From the NCBI GenBank assembly GCA_902766755.1, contig CACXEV010000089.1, positions 1 to 55,284 on the forward strand: a DNA stretch of 55,284 nt, written 5' to 3'. This document shows, in pieces, positions 1 through 10,311 of this stretch. A program made the position numbers and the translations under genes. The notes beneath the pieces were generated by a model that was not told the DNA's origin, searched no databases, and worked only from the letters and a program-made list of their open reading frames with translations. Numbering within the stretch: the stretch's first letter is position 1; every line of letters starts with the position of its first letter. Source of the stretch: Oscillospiraceae bacterium. GTDB taxonomy: Bacteria > Bacillota > Clostridia > Oscillospirales > Acutalibacteraceae.

Positions 1-8
1 ACTTCTGC

Positions 9-77
9 GCCCCTTTCAGGGGCTAAGCAAGTATTCACCCCTTATAGGGGTGGTGCATACCACCGGTTCACCGGTGG
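9..77. repeat. three consecutive short GC-rich hairpins (9-23 GCCCC/GGGGC; 36-52 CACCCC/GGGGTG; 60-77 CCACCGG/CCGGTGG)
   Basis: Read directly from the sequence. The third hairpin carries the XRE stop codon in its loop. None has a U-tract. The array is truncated by the window edge. Confidence 0.5.
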
Positions 78-286
78 TTATGATTCATCATATCAGGGTT
101 ATCGGTTCGTTCTAAAAGATAGTCTAAAGATACATTGAAGTAATCGGCAAATTTGATTAGCGTAGAATAATCTGCTTCTCGTTCTCCACACTCATAACGG
201 CTTATGCTGTTTTGGTTCATATTTAAGTCCATAGCCAATTTCAGTTGTGAAATACCGCGGTTTTTTCTTATTTCTTTTAACCTCAT
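68..286 (-). CDS. XRE-family helix-turn-helix transcriptional regulator
   Basis: The motif 'RKNRGISQLKLAMDLNMNQNSISRYECGEREADYSTLIKFADYFNVSLDYLL' is a typical Cro/CI HTH. I place the start at M7 (286), preceded by AGAGGTG. The ORF track extends to 304. Confidence 0.85.
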   Translation of the reverse strand: MRLKEIRKNRGISQLKLAMDLNMNQNSISRYECGEREADYSTLIKFADYFNVSLDYLLERTDNPDMMNHNHR

Positions 287-297
287 AAATTCACCTC

Positions 298-326
298 TTG
301 ACATTATTATCCCACAATGGTATAAT
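298..326 (+). promoter_or_regulatory. sigma-A-type promoter for the 367..975 gene (TTGACA-17-TATAAT)
   Basis: TTGACA at 298-303, a 17-nt spacer, then TATAAT at 321-326. Confidence 0.7.
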
Positions 327-348
327 TTTAATATCCCATTTTGGTATA
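308..348. promoter_or_regulatory. two copies of a 17-bp near-palindromic operator TATCCCA-N3-TGGTATA (308-324, 332-348)
   Basis: Both copies share identical half-sites and lie 24 bp apart centre to centre. The first overlaps the -10 box. The second lies between the -10 box and the RBS. This is the probable binding site of the divergent XRE repressor. Confidence 0.6.
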
Positions 349-366
349 TTGAGAGGAGAAATTATT

Positions 367-975
367 ATGAGTGAAGCCAAAAAGTCAGGATTTGCAACAG
401 CAGGATTAGTGGTTGGAATTGTAGGAATATGCCTTTCGTTTATTCCGGTAGTTAATAATGCGGCGTTTGTTTTGGGAGTTTTAGCAGTTGCGCTTTCAAT
501 AGTTGCATTTATAAAAAAAGTCTCAATAGGCAAGAGCGTTGCCGCTGTTGTTTTAGGTGTATTGGCAATAGTAATTACGATTGTTATGCAAAATGCATTT
601 GTCAAGGCGGTTGATGATGCATTTGACGGAATATCCAGCAGTCTTAATGATATGACGGGGGATAATACCGATGAAATTATGGATAAGTATTTGGAGGTAA
701 GTTTCGGTGAGTTCGAAGTTAAAAATGATACATTTTTAACTGAATCAAAGTTACCTTTAAAAATTAAAAATAAATCGGATGAAAAGAAGTCTTTCAGCAT
801 AAATATAGAGGCGTTAGACGAAAGCGGTACAAGAATAGAAACCGATACCGTTTATATAGACGGTCTTGGTGCAGGACAGACGCTAAACGAGGAAGTGTTT
901 ACTCTTCTTACTGATGATAAAATAGAAAAGCTGAAGAATGCCGAGTTTAAAGTCTACGAGGCTTCAATGTATTGA
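367..975 (+). CDS. membrane protein with N-terminal double TM (DUF4190-like) and a C-terminal extracytoplasmic beta-rich domain
   Basis: ATG at 367 is preceded by GAGAGGAG. The hydrophobic segments are 'GFATAGLVVGIVGICLSFIPVV' and 'FVLGVLAVALSIVAF'. The ORF-track start at 298 would lie inside the promoter. Confidence 0.75.
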   Translation: MSEAKKSGFATAGLVVGIVGICLSFIPVVNNAAFVLGVLAVALSIVAFIKKVSIGKSVAAVVLGVLAIVITIVMQNAFVKAVDDAFDGISSSLNDMTGDNTDEIMDKYLEVSFGEFEVKNDTFLTESKLPLKIKNKSDEKKSFSINIEALDESGTRIETDTVYIDGLGAGQTLNEEVFTLLTDDKIEKLKNAEFKVYEASMY

Positions 976-1037
976 TAATGCCCCTATATCGGTTTTTGCA
1001 TCTGTGAAACACAATTAAATATGCAAAGCTGATTATA

Positions 1038-1076
1038 GAAAGCGATTTACCTTAAACGGTAAGTCGCTTTCTTTAT
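1038..1076 (+). terminator. intrinsic terminator-like hairpin after the membrane-protein gene
   Basis: A 14-bp stem (GAAAGCGATTTACC / GGTAAGTCGCTTTC) is followed by a short T run. Confidence 0.5.
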
Positions 1077-1097
1077 AATTTGTTTACATTATATTTG

Positions 1098-1126
1098 TTT
1101 ACAAACCGCTTTTTTTCGGTTAAAAT
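1098..1126 (+). promoter_or_regulatory. uvrA promoter (TTTACA-17-TAAAAT)
   Basis: Hexamers sit at 1098-1103 and 1121-1126. The -35 lies in the second copy of a direct repeat TTGTTTACA (1080-1088, 1095-1103). Confidence 0.55.
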
Positions 1127-1158
1127 AGTAAGGTAGTTTTATTTTATGAGGGAAGATT

Positions 1159-3999
1159 ATGGCAAGTGATAAAATAGTTATTAAAGGCGCTAACGAGCAT
1201 AACCTGAAAAATATAAATGTAGAGATACCGAGAGATAAGCTTGTGGTGTTCACAGGCCTTTCCGGAAGTGGCAAATCATCGCTCGCGTTTGATACTATAT
1301 ATGCCGAGGGGCAAAGGCGTTATGTTGAGTCGCTGTCAAGCTACGCACGGCAGTTTTTGGGGCAAATGGAGAAGCCTGATGTTGATACGATAGAGGGGCT
1401 TTCTCCCGCGATATCAATTGACCAGAAAACCACCTCTAAAAACCCGCGTTCCACAGTTGGCACCGTTACCGAAATATATGATTATTTAAGACTTTTATAT
1501 GCCCGCGTAGGCGTTCCGCACTGTCCGGTTTGCGGAAAAGAAATATCGAGTCAGACCACCGATCAGATAGTAGATACCGTAATGCGGCTTGAACCCGGCG
1601 CTAAAATCCAGGTGCTGTCCCCGGTTGTAAAGGGTAGAAAGGGAGAACACACAAAGGAACTTGACAACGCAAGAAAATCCGGATATGTTCGGGTCAGAAT
1701 TGACGGAAACATCTACGACCTTTCAGAGGAAATAAAGCTTGAAAAGAATAAAAAGCATATGATTGAGGTTGTGGTTGACCGCCTTGTTATAAAGCCGGAA
1801 ATACGATCACGCCTTACCGATAGTATAGAAACCGCAGTTTCCCTTTCTGGCGGACTTGTAGCCGTGGATGTAATAGGCGGCGAGGAAATGCAGTTTTCCG
1901 AAAGCTATGCTTGTGATGAGCACGGTATAAGCATACCGAAGCTCACACCTACTATGTTTTCCTTTAACAGTCCTATGGGGGCATGTCCTACTTGTACCGG
2001 TATCGGTGTTTTTATGAAAATTGATCCGCGCCTTATTATTAATGATGAGGATAAATCCTTGCTGGACGGGTGCATCCGCGCTTCCGGGTGGGGTGTGAAT
2101 TCCTGGTTTAATCCGGATGCCGGTGCAATTGCCGAAATGTATTATAGAGGAATTGCCAAGAAATACGGGTTTGATATTAATACACCATGGAAAGATCTGT
2201 CCGATGAGGTTAAGAATGTTGTTTTGTACGGCACCGGGGAGGAAAAGCTTGAGCTTACGCGCAACAGCTCATATTATGGCTCCGGCACATATTATGCTCC
2301 GTTTGAGGGGGTTGTGAATAACCTGCAAAGGCGTTATGAGAACACAAAAAGCGACTATGCCAGAGCCGAGCTTGAAAGCTATATGACCGAAAGTGATTGT
2401 CCGGATTGTCACGGCGCAAGGCTTAAACCTGAATATCTTGCTGTAACCGTGGGCGGTAAAAGCATAAAGGAATTTTCCGATATGTCTATAACCGATGCTC
2501 TGGAATTTATAGGCGGTCTTAAGTTCTCAAAAATGGAGGAAATGATAGCTAAACCTATAATAAAAGAGTTGAATTCAAGACTTCAATTCTTAAGCAGTGT
2601 GGGACTTGAATATCTGTCCCTTTCGCGTTCGGCGGGTACACTGTCCGGCGGAGAGGCACAGCGTATCAGGCTGGCAACGCAGATAGGGTCGGCACTTTGC
2701 GGTGTTTTGTATATACTTGACGAGCCGAGTATCGGTCTTCATCAGCGTGATAACGAAAGGTTGCTTAATACCCTTAAGGGACTCCGCGATTTAGGAAACA
2801 CGCTTATAGTGGTAGAACACGATGAGGATACTATGCGAGAGGCTGATTATATTGTAGATATCGGTCCAGGTGCCGGTATTCACGGCGGCAATGTGGTATT
2901 CACAGGAACACCCGATGAGCTTTACGAGTGCAAAGAGTCCGTAACATCCGATTATCTTACCGGCAGAAAGAAAATACCCGTTCCCGAAAAAAGGCGAGAG
3001 GGTAACGGAAATATGCTTACCGTAAAGGGTGCGGCGGAGAATAATCTTAAAAATCTTACCGTAAATATTCCGCTCGGTGAGTTTATATGTGTAACCGGCG
3101 TTTCCGGAAGCGGAAAGTCTTCGCTTGTAAATGACATAATATATAAGGTTTTGGCAAATAAACTCAATCGCGCAAGAACTATCCCGGGTAAATACAAGTC
3201 TATAGAGGGAATAGAAAATCTTGATAAGGTAATAAACATAGACCAGTCGCCCATAGGCAGAACACCGCGAAGCAACCCGGCAACTTATACGGGTGTTTTC
3301 GGTGATATTCGCGAGCTTTTTGCCAGCACAAAAGATGCAAAAGCTAAAGGCTATAGCGCCGGAAGATTTTCTTTCAATGTAAAGGGCGGCAGATGCGAAG
3401 CCTGCCAGGGAGATGGCATTATAAAGATAGAAATGCATTTTCTGCCTGATATTTATGTACCTTGTGAGGTTTGCGACGGTACAAGGTATAATCGAGAAAC
3501 CTTGGCAGTGCAGTATAAAGGTAAAAACATTTATGATGTGCTTAATATGACGGTTGAAGAGGGTATGTACTTTTTTGAAAGTCACCCCAAAATCTATCGT
3601 AAGCTTAAAACGCTTTACGATGTGGGACTTGGATACATTAAAATCGGTCAACCGGCTACAACACTGTCAGGCGGCGAGGCACAGCGCGTTAAGCTTGCAA
3701 CCGAATTATCTAAAAGGTCAACCGGCAAGACTATATATATACTTGACGAGCCTACAACCGGTCTTCATACTGCGGATGTTCATCGGCTTGTTGATGTTTT
3801 AAGTAAGCTTGTAGATACCGGAAATACCGTGCTTGTGATCGAGCATAATCTTGACGTTATCAAGGTTGCCGACCATATTATTGATTTAGGGCCTGAAGGC
3901 GGTAATCGAGGCGGTAATATTGTTTGCACCGGAACTCCAGAGGAAATCTGCAAATGCAAAGGGTCTCATACCGGCAAATTTCTTAAAAAAATGCTTTAA
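1159..3999 (+). CDS. uvrA: excinuclease ABC subunit A
   Basis: 946 aa with two ABC modules ([24 protein letters not shown]), zinc-finger cysteines and signature LSGGEAQR twice. Confidence 0.97.
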   Translation: MASDKIVIKGANEHNLKNINVEIPRDKLVVFTGLSGSGKSSLAFDTIYAEGQRRYVESLSSYARQFLGQMEKPDVDTIEGLSPAISIDQKTTSKNPRSTVGTVTEIYDYLRLLYARVGVPHCPVCGKEISSQTTDQIVDTVMRLEPGAKIQVLSPVVKGRKGEHTKELDNARKSGYVRVRIDGNIYDLSEEIKLEKNKKHMIEVVVDRLVIKPEIRSRLTDSIETAVSLSGGLVAVDVIGGEEMQFSESYACDEHGISIPKLTPTMFSFNSPMGACPTCTGIGVFMKIDPRLIINDEDKSLLDGCIRASGWGVNSWFNPDAGAIAEMYYRGIAKKYGFDINTPWKDLSDEVKNVVLYGTGEEKLELTRNSSYYGSGTYYAPFEGVVNNLQRRYENTKSDYARAELESYMTESDCPDCHGARLKPEYLAVTVGGKSIKEFSDMSITDALEFIGGLKFSKMEEMIAKPIIKELNSRLQFLSSVGLEYLSLSRSAGTLSGGEAQRIRLATQIGSALCGVLYILDEPSIGLHQRDNERLLNTLKGLRDLGNTLIVVEHDEDTMREADYIVDIGPGAGIHGGNVVFTGTPDELYECKESVTSDYLTGRKKIPVPEKRREGNGNMLTVKGAAENNLKNLTVNIPLGEFICVTGVSGSGKSSLVNDIIYKVLANKLNRARTIPGKYKSIEGIENLDKVINIDQSPIGRTPRSNPATYTGVFGDIRELFASTKDAKAKGYSAGRFSFNVKGGRCEACQGDGIIKIEMHFLPDIYVPCEVCDGTRYNRETLAVQYKGKNIYDVLNMTVEEGMYFFESHPKIYRKLKTLYDVGLGYIKIGQPATTLSGGEAQRVKLATELSKRSTGKTIYILDEPTTGLHTADVHRLVDVLSKLVDTGNTVLVIEHNLDVIKVADHIIDLGPEGGNRGGNIVCTGTPEEICKCKGSHTGKFLKKML

Positions 4000-4070
4000 T
4001 TTACACATTATTCACCATTTTTAGCGTATCAGGTATTAAAATGTTTTAAAAGGTTGAAGAGGGTGATGTC

Positions 4071-4898
4071 GTGTTCGGGTATATTCGCGCCGATAAGGGC
4101 GAGCTTAAAATGCGCGAGTATGAGATTTATCGCGGCATTTACTGTTCGCTTTGCAAAAGGCTCGGAAAATCCTACGGTTTTTTATCGCGCCTTACTTTAA
4201 GCTATGATTTCACATTTTTAGCTTTGCTCGATATCTCGCTTAAAGACGGGTGTACTTCATTTAAATCCGGCAGATGTGCTTTTAATCCGGCAAAAAGGTG
4301 TAATTATTTAAAGAATACAGCTCAGTTGGATTTTTCCGCTTCTGCGGCAATGATAATATTGTACTATAAAATTGTCGATGATATAAGTGATGAAAAAGGA
4401 TTAAAAAAACTTGCGGCAATTGCTATAAAGCCCCTTTTTTCACGCGCTCATAAAAAAGCGGCGCTGGCTTTTCCCGAAATAGAAAAATGCGTATGGGAGT
4501 ATATCCAAAATCAAAATGCTCTTGAAAATGAAAACTGCGGCAGTATTGATAAGGCGGCGGAACCTTCGGCGGCAGTAATGGCAAATATATTTTCACTCTT
4601 AAGCGGTGAAGAAGGGCAGAAAAGAGCTCTTTCACGACTCGGCTATTGTCTTGGGCGCTATATATATCTGCTTGATGCCGCCTGCGATTTGGAAGACGAT
4701 AAAAGAACCGGCTCTTACAACGTTTTAAGGAATATTGACGGAGATATTAAAGAGTATGTATCAAAACAATTTTATATCTCTATAAACGAAGCGGCTAAAG
4801 CCTTTGAATTGCTGAATATCAAAAAGCATAAATCAATTCTCGGAAATATTATTTATTTGGGACTTGAACAGACCTTTAAAAAGGAGTTAAATAAATGA
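4071..4898 (+). CDS. DUF5685-family protein (unknown function)
   Basis: The N-terminus '[53 protein letters not shown]' matches my memory of DUF5685. GTG start. The stop overlaps the next start (ATGA). Confidence 0.75.
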   Translation: MFGYIRADKGELKMREYEIYRGIYCSLCKRLGKSYGFLSRLTLSYDFTFLALLDISLKDGCTSFKSGRCAFNPAKRCNYLKNTAQLDFSASAAMIILYYKIVDDISDEKGLKKLAAIAIKPLFSRAHKKAALAFPEIEKCVWEYIQNQNALENENCGSIDKAAEPSAAVMANIFSLLSGEEGQKRALSRLGYCLGRYIYLLDAACDLEDDKRTGSYNVLRNIDGDIKEYVSKQFYISINEAAKAFELLNIKKHKSILGNIIYLGLEQTFKKELNK

Positions 4899-5503
4899 AT
4901 GATCCTTATGTAGTTTTAGGTGTGTCACGCGATGCAACGGATGATGAAATAAAACGCGCATACAAGGAACTTGCACGCAAATATCATCCTGATAACTATG
5001 CGGATAATCCGCTTTCCGATTTGGCGGCGGATAAAATGAAGGAAATAAACGAGGCGTATGATGCTATAATAAACAGCCGCCGTGGTTCATCCTCTGGCGC
5101 TAAAGGCGGCGGATACAACCCGAATGCCGCTTCTTCATTTCCTGAGATACGCAGTCTTATAAACTCAGGCAGACTTGAACAGGCGCAAGAGGTTCTTGAC
5201 GGCGTGCCGCCTTCCGGCAGAAACGCGGAGTGGTATTTTCTTAACGGTACGGTTCTTTATCGCCGCGGTTGGTTTGATGAGGCGCTTACAAGCTTTACCC
5301 GCGCCGCTCAAATGGAACCCGGAAATCCTGAGTATCAAAGAGCGGCGACCGATGCCAGACGCCAGTCAGGCAGGGTGAATAATAATCCGTACGGCTACTA
5401 CGGCGGCGGGAATGATTGCGGCGCCTGCGATGTATGTCAAGGTCTTATTTGCGCCGATTGCTGTTGTGAATGTATGGGCGGCGACCTTATACGCTGTTGT
5501 TAA
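4895..5503 (+). CDS. J-domain protein with TPR-like middle region and C-terminal cysteine string
   Basis: J domain with HPD ('[13 protein letters not shown]'). TPR-like '[35 protein letters not shown]'. The tail '[28 protein letters not shown]' has 11 Cys in 28 aa. Confidence 0.85.
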   Translation: MNDPYVVLGVSRDATDDEIKRAYKELARKYHPDNYADNPLSDLAADKMKEINEAYDAIINSRRGSSSGAKGGGYNPNAASSFPEIRSLINSGRLEQAQEVLDGVPPSGRNAEWYFLNGTVLYRRGWFDEALTSFTRAAQMEPGNPEYQRAATDARRQSGRVNNNPYGYYGGGNDCGACDVCQGLICADCCCECMGGDLIRCC

Positions 5504-5504
5504 A

Positions 5505-6020
5505 ATGAAAAAAAGTGTTCGAATTGCTTTTTGCGGCGTTGTTACGGCTTTGGTTTGCGTGATGATGTCAGCAAGTTTAATTCCAAATATCACATTTGCC
5601 GTACCGGCAATAGCGGGACTTATTATGATACCCGTTTTTGCCGAAGCAGGTGCGGTTTCTGCTTTTTTAAGCTTTTTTGCAAGCAGTATTATATCATTTT
5701 TTATATCAAATAAAACATCATGGCTTTTGTTTGTGGTTTTCTTCGGGTTTTATCCCATATTAAAACCGCTGATTGAAAAAGTCAGAATTGTGCCTTTAAA
5801 GTGGGCTTTAAAATTTTTGATTTTCAATTTTTCTGCTTGTATTTGTGCTTTGGTTCAGTATAATACAATAGGCTTGCAGTTTAAAGGCTGGTGTCTTGTG
5901 GCCGCCTTTGTGGCAGGTAATATTGCTTTTTTGCTTTACGATTCAGCGGTTTTGAAAATCGCCGCAGTTTATTATTTAAGACTGCATAATAAAATATCTT
6001 CAATACTAAATAACAGATAG
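5505..6020 (+). CDS. multi-pass membrane protein (about 5 TM), unknown function
   Basis: The ATG at 5505 lies one nucleotide after the J-protein stop codon (5501-5503). The protein 'MKKSVRIAFCGVVTALVCVMM...' is hydrophobic throughout. The longer ORF-track version (5412) overlaps the J gene and is unlikely. Confidence 0.7.
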   Translation: MKKSVRIAFCGVVTALVCVMMSASLIPNITFAVPAIAGLIMIPVFAEAGAVSAFLSFFASSIISFFISNKTSWLLFVVFFGFYPILKPLIEKVRIVPLKWALKFLIFNFSACICALVQYNTIGLQFKGWCLVAAFVAGNIAFLLYDSAVLKIAAVYYLRLHNKISSILNNR

Positions 6021-6055
6021 CATAAAACCTCGGGCTTTTCCCGAGGTTTTATGCT
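6019..6055. terminator. bidirectional intrinsic terminator between convergent genes
   Basis: A perfect 16-bp stem (AGCATAAAACCTCGGG / CCCGAGGTTTTATGCT) with a 5-nt loop fills the gap between the two stop codons exactly. Confidence 0.85.
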
Positions 6056-9000
6056 TTAACTATTTATATCAATTAGCCGTGTTTTTTGTTGGCTGTAATC
6101 AGCCGCTATTACATCAGCGAGGGCGAGTGCGGTATCAATGCTTGTCATACAGGGTATTTTAAGCGCCATTGCCTTTCTGTGAAGCAGTCTAAAGTCGCCT
6201 ACTGAAGAATCCATTACGGCACCGGTATAAACAATGTAGTTTACCGTTCCGGTTTCAAGCAGATTATATATATCATCATTTTCCCAGACATTTCTGGCAG
6301 TTGTAACATCCATACCGCGGGCGCGAATGGCTTTTGCGGTGTCTGGCGTTGCAAAAATGTTTATACCCAAATCGGTAAACTTTTCGGCAAGAGCTATGGC
6401 ATCGGAATAATCGTAATCCTCAACCGAAATTAAAATTCCGCGGGTTTGTTTTTGCTTGATTTTATATACATCAATTCCGCTGGCGGTAAGCCCCTTATAA
6501 AGTGCTTCTGTTTTTGTTCTGCCTATGCCCAATACTTCGCCTGTGGATTTCATCTCAGGTCCCATAATCGTATTGGCATCAATAAGCTTTTCAAAGCTGA
6601 AAACGGGCACTTTAACAGCGTAGTATTTTGCCGTATCGGCAAGACCGCATTTATAACCCATATCCGAAAGCTTTTCTCCGAGCATAGCACGGCTGGCTAA
6701 ATCTACCATAGGTATACCGGTTACTTTGCTGACATACGGCACCGTCCGGCTGGCTCTCGGGTTTACTTCTATTACATAAAGCTCTCCGTCCTGCTCTAAA
6801 TACTGTATGTTTACGATGCCATTTGTGCCGAGCCGTCTTGCTATTTCAACCGAGGTCTTTGTTATCTTTTCTGTAAGACTTTCACTAATATTATAGGGAG
6901 GATACACAGCGATTGAATCGCCTGAATGTATACCGGCGCGCTCTACATGCTCCATAATACCGGGTATCAAAACATCCGTGCCGTCGCAAATGCAATCAAC
7001 CTCAAGCTCGGTGCCTGGCATATATTTATCTATCAGTACTGAGTTGCTGATTTTACCGGTCAGTATTATTTTCATAAAATTGCGTACTTCTTCTTCGCTT
7101 CGTGCAACGCTCATACCTTGACCGCCTATTACATAGGAGGGCCTGAGCAAAACCGGGTAACCGAGTATTTTAGCGGCAATAAGCGCTTCCTCCGCTGTAT
7201 TTACCGATACGGCTTTCGGTCTTTTAATTCCTATATTCTCAAGAAACTCGTCAAATTTTTCGCGGTCCTCCGCGGTATCTATACCCTGAGCTGAAGTGCC
7301 GAGAATATTAATACCGTTACTGACCAAAAACTTTGTAAGCTTAATAGCGGTTTGCCCTCCAAAGGCTACAACAACGCCTATCGGTTTTTCCACTTTTATA
7401 ATGCTCATAATATCCTCTTCGCAAAGTGGCTCAAAATAAAGGCGGTTGGCAGTATCATAGTCGGTTGAAACGGTTTCAGGGTTGTTGTTTACAATTACAA
7501 CATCATAACCCATTTCTTTTAAAGTCCATACGCAGTGTACAGAGCTGTAATCAAATTCAATACCTTGACCTATGCGGATAGGCCCTGAACCTAAAACCAT
7601 AATGACAGGCTTATCTGTTTTTGTAAGCGTTCTTGCTTCGCACGCCTTGTCGGCACAGGAATAAAAATACGGTGTCTCGGCGGCAAATTCTGCGGCGCAG
7701 GTATCAACCATTTTATAACTATAGGAAAACTCGGGCAATGTATCTGTATTTGCAATTCGCTTAATAAACGGGTCGGAAAAGCCTGATTTTTTAGCCCTTA
7801 AATAAAGCTCGTTTGTAAGAGAACTTTCGGCAATTTCTTTTTCAAGCTCTGCGGCTTTTTTAATACATGATATAAAATACGGGTCAATTTTTGTTATATT
7901 GTGTATAACATTTTCGGATACGCCTGCCTTTAATGCTTCATATATTGTAAATAATCTCACATCATTTTGTTCTGCGAGACGCACTTTTATATCTTCATCG
8001 CTTATCGGAGGGCAGTTTAAAGAATCGAGACCGATTTCAACGCCTCTTACAGCTTTATTAAGCGCCTCAATAAACGATTGACCTATTGCCATTACTTCGC
8101 CTGTCGCTTTCATTTGTGTGCCGAGTGCTCTGCTCGACCCTATGAATTTATCAAAGGGCCATTTCGGGAATTTAACAACAACATAGTCAAGCGCAGGCTC
8201 AAAGCAAGCGCAGGTCTTGCCGGTGATTTCGTTCTTTATTTCATCCAAATTATAACCAATCGCTATCATTGTGGATATTTTTGCTATCGGGTAGCCTGTA
8301 GCCTTGCTTGCGAGCGCCGAAGAACGCGAAACACGAGGATTTACTTCAATTACCGCATATTCAAAGCTATTGGGGTTTAACGCAAACTGACAGTTGCATC
8401 CGCCTACAATTGAGAGTGCCGATATAATATCGAGTGAAGCGGAGCGAAGCATCTGAAACTCCTTATCGGAGAGAGTCAGGGTAGGGGCTACTACTATCGA
8501 GTCGCCGGTATGAATGCCCACGGGGTCAAAATTTTCCATTGAGCAAACGGCTACTGTGTTGCCTGCACTGTCCCTCATTGTTTCAAACTCTATTTCTTTC
8601 CATCCGGAAATACATTTTTCTATCAAAATCTGCGTTATAGGCGATAATTCAAGACCGTTTGCGGCAATTTTTTTAAGGGTTTCTTCATCCTCTGCAATGC
8701 CGCCGCCTGATCCGCCTAAGGTGTAAGCCGGGCGCACAATAACCGGATATCCTATCTCACTCGCGGCCTTTACTGCCGCATCAACATCAAAAGCTATTTC
8801 GCTAGGAACACAGGGCTGACCTATTTTAAGCATAGTTTCTCTAAAAAGCTCTCTGTCCTCAGCTTTCTTTATGGCTTCAATATCGCTTCCTAAAAACTTA
8901 ACGCCAAACTTATCAAGCGTACCGTTTTCGCATAATTGCATAGCTATTGTAAGTCCGGTTTGACCTCCGAGCCCTGCAAGCAAACCGTCCGGTCTTTCTT

Positions 9001-9238
9001 TTTCTATTATCCTTGCCACAGTTTCAGCTGTTAGCGGTTCAAGATATATTTCATCGGCTAATGCGCCGTCGGTCATAATAGTAGCCGGATTTGAGTTTAC
9101 GAGAACAACATTTATGCCCTCGCTTTTAAGCACGCGACAGGCTTGGGCGCCGGCATAGTCAAATTCCGCCGCCTGACCTATTACTATCGGGCCTGAGCCT
9201 ATTACAAGTACCTTTTTTATAGCTTTGTTTTTAGGCAT
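6056..9238 (-). CDS. carB: carbamoyl-phosphate synthase large subunit
   Basis: 1060 aa with duplicated ATP-grasp halves and a C-terminal MGS-like domain. The N-terminus 'KKVLVIGSGPIVIGQAAEFDYAG' is typical. Confidence 0.97.
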   Translation of the reverse strand: MPKNKAIKKVLVIGSGPIVIGQAAEFDYAGAQACRVLKSEGINVVLVNSNPATIMTDGALADEIYLEPLTAETVARIIEKERPDGLLAGLGGQTGLTIAMQLCENGTLDKFGVKFLGSDIEAIKKAEDRELFRETMLKIGQPCVPSEIAFDVDAAVKAASEIGYPVIVRPAYTLGGSGGGIAEDEETLKKIAANGLELSPITQILIEKCISGWKEIEFETMRDSAGNTVAVCSMENFDPVGIHTGDSIVVAPTLTLSDKEFQMLRSASLDIISALSIVGGCNCQFALNPNSFEYAVIEVNPRVSRSSALASKATGYPIAKISTMIAIGYNLDEIKNEITGKTCACFEPALDYVVVKFPKWPFDKFIGSSRALGTQMKATGEVMAIGQSFIEALNKAVRGVEIGLDSLNCPPISDEDIKVRLAEQNDVRLFTIYEALKAGVSENVIHNITKIDPYFISCIKKAAELEKEIAESSLTNELYLRAKKSGFSDPFIKRIANTDTLPEFSYSYKMVDTCAAEFAAETPYFYSCADKACEARTLTKTDKPVIMVLGSGPIRIGQGIEFDYSSVHCVWTLKEMGYDVVIVNNNPETVSTDYDTANRLYFEPLCEEDIMSIIKVEKPIGVVVAFGGQTAIKLTKFLVSNGINILGTSAQGIDTAEDREKFDEFLENIGIKRPKAVSVNTAEEALIAAKILGYPVLLRPSYVIGGQGMSVARSEEEVRNFMKIILTGKISNSVLIDKYMPGTELEVDCICDGTDVLIPGIMEHVERAGIHSGDSIAVYPPYNISESLTEKITKTSVEIARRLGTNGIVNIQYLEQDGELYVIEVNPRASRTVPYVSKVTGIPMVDLASRAMLGEKLSDMGYKCGLADTAKYYAVKVPVFSFEKLIDANTIMGPEMKSTGEVLGIGRTKTEALYKGLTASGIDVYKIKQKQTRGILISVEDYDYSDAIALAEKFTDLGINIFATPDTAKAIRARGMDVTTARNVWENDDIYNLLETGTVNYIVYTGAVMDSSVGDFRLLHRKAMALKIPCMTSIDTALALADVIAADYSQQKTRLIDINS

Positions 9239-10301
9239 TCTTTTTTTCCTCCATCATTTTTACAAAACGGTCAAACAAAAACTCCGTATCGTGCGGACCG
9301 CCGTTGGCTTCCGGATGAAACTGCACGGTAAAGGCATTAAAATCCTTATAACACATACCCTCACAGCTCCTGTCATTAGCGTTTATAAATATTTCTTCTC
9401 CTATGTTTTTAAGAGTATCGGAAACTACGGCGTAGCCGTGATTTTGGCTTGTTATATATGTTCTATCGCCTTGTGTATCCTTTACAGGCTGATTGGCACC
9501 GTGATGACCGTATTTTAGCTTTACAGTTTTTCCGCCGAGGGCTAACGCCGTAAGCTGATGACCGAGACATATTCCGAACAGTGGCTTTTTGCCGAGCAGA
9601 TTTTTAATCTGGTTTATTTCATAAAGGTTTTCAGCCGGATCTCCCGGGCCGTTTGAAAGCATTATTCCGTCAGGATTTATTTTCAGTATTTCTTCACTAG
9701 GGGTATTGTGCGGAAATGTTATAACGCGACAGCCGCGCTTTTGAAGGCATTTTATAATACTCTTTTTAGCGCCGTAATCTATCAAAGCCACTTTGTGCTT
9801 TTCTTCGCCTGTTGCCGAAAACTCTTCGACCGTATCTGTTGATACCGCGCTTACAACCGATGAAACCTTGTAGGCTTTTACAGCATCTAATGAGACGGTT
9901 TTGCTATCGCTGATAATTCCGTTCATAACACCCTGTTCGCGGATTATCTTTGTAAGAAGCCTTGTATCTATACCGCATATGCCGCAAACGCCCTGTTCTT
10001 TTAAAAACTCATCGAGCTTATATTCGCACCGAAAGTTTGAGGGGTAATCGCAAAACTCTCTAACTATATAACCCTTTACGGCGCATTTGCCCTCAAAATC
10101 CTCGCTGATTACGCCGTAATTACCAATAAGAGGGAAGGTCTGAACAACGATTTGTCCGGCATAGGAAGGATCGGTAAGCGTTTCAAGATAGCCTACCATA
10201 CCTGTAGTAAAAACAACCTCTCCGATGCTCTCTTTATCAGCTCCTATTTTATACCCTTCAAAAACCGTACCGTTACTTAAAATCAAATAAGCCTTTTTCA
10301 T
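9231..10301 (-). CDS. carA: carbamoyl-phosphate synthase small (glutaminase) subunit
   Basis: 356 aa with the class I GATase motif 'GICLGHQL'. Overlaps carB by 8 nt. Confidence 0.96.
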   Translation of the reverse strand: MKKAYLILSNGTVFEGYKIGADKESIGEVVFTTGMVGYLETLTDPSYAGQIVVQTFPLIGNYGVISEDFEGKCAVKGYIVREFCDYPSNFRCEYKLDEFLKEQGVCGICGIDTRLLTKIIREQGVMNGIISDSKTVSLDAVKAYKVSSVVSAVSTDTVEEFSATGEEKHKVALIDYGAKKSIIKCLQKRGCRVITFPHNTPSEEILKINPDGIMLSNGPGDPAENLYEINQIKNLLGKKPLFGICLGHQLTALALGGKTVKLKYGHHGANQPVKDTQGDRTYITSQNHGYAVVSDTLKNIGEEIFINANDRSCEGMCYKDFNAFTVQFHPEANGGPHDTEFLFDRFVKMMEEKKNA

Positions 10302-10311
10302 ATCATAAACC

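Noticed and set aside
976-1158. Search for a LexA/DinR (GAAC-N4-GTTC) box upstream of uvrA
   Set aside because: I found no such motif by eye, only a direct repeat TTGTTTACA overlapping the -35 box. I therefore cannot claim SOS control, and absence of a motif read by eye is weak evidence either way.
2791-3651. 286-aa minus-strand ORF inside uvrA, and many similar antisense ORFs inside carB, argJ, hisD, rnfC, glgD and the ABC gene
   Set aside because: All lie antisense or out of frame within strongly supported conserved genes, and none contains a recognisable motif.
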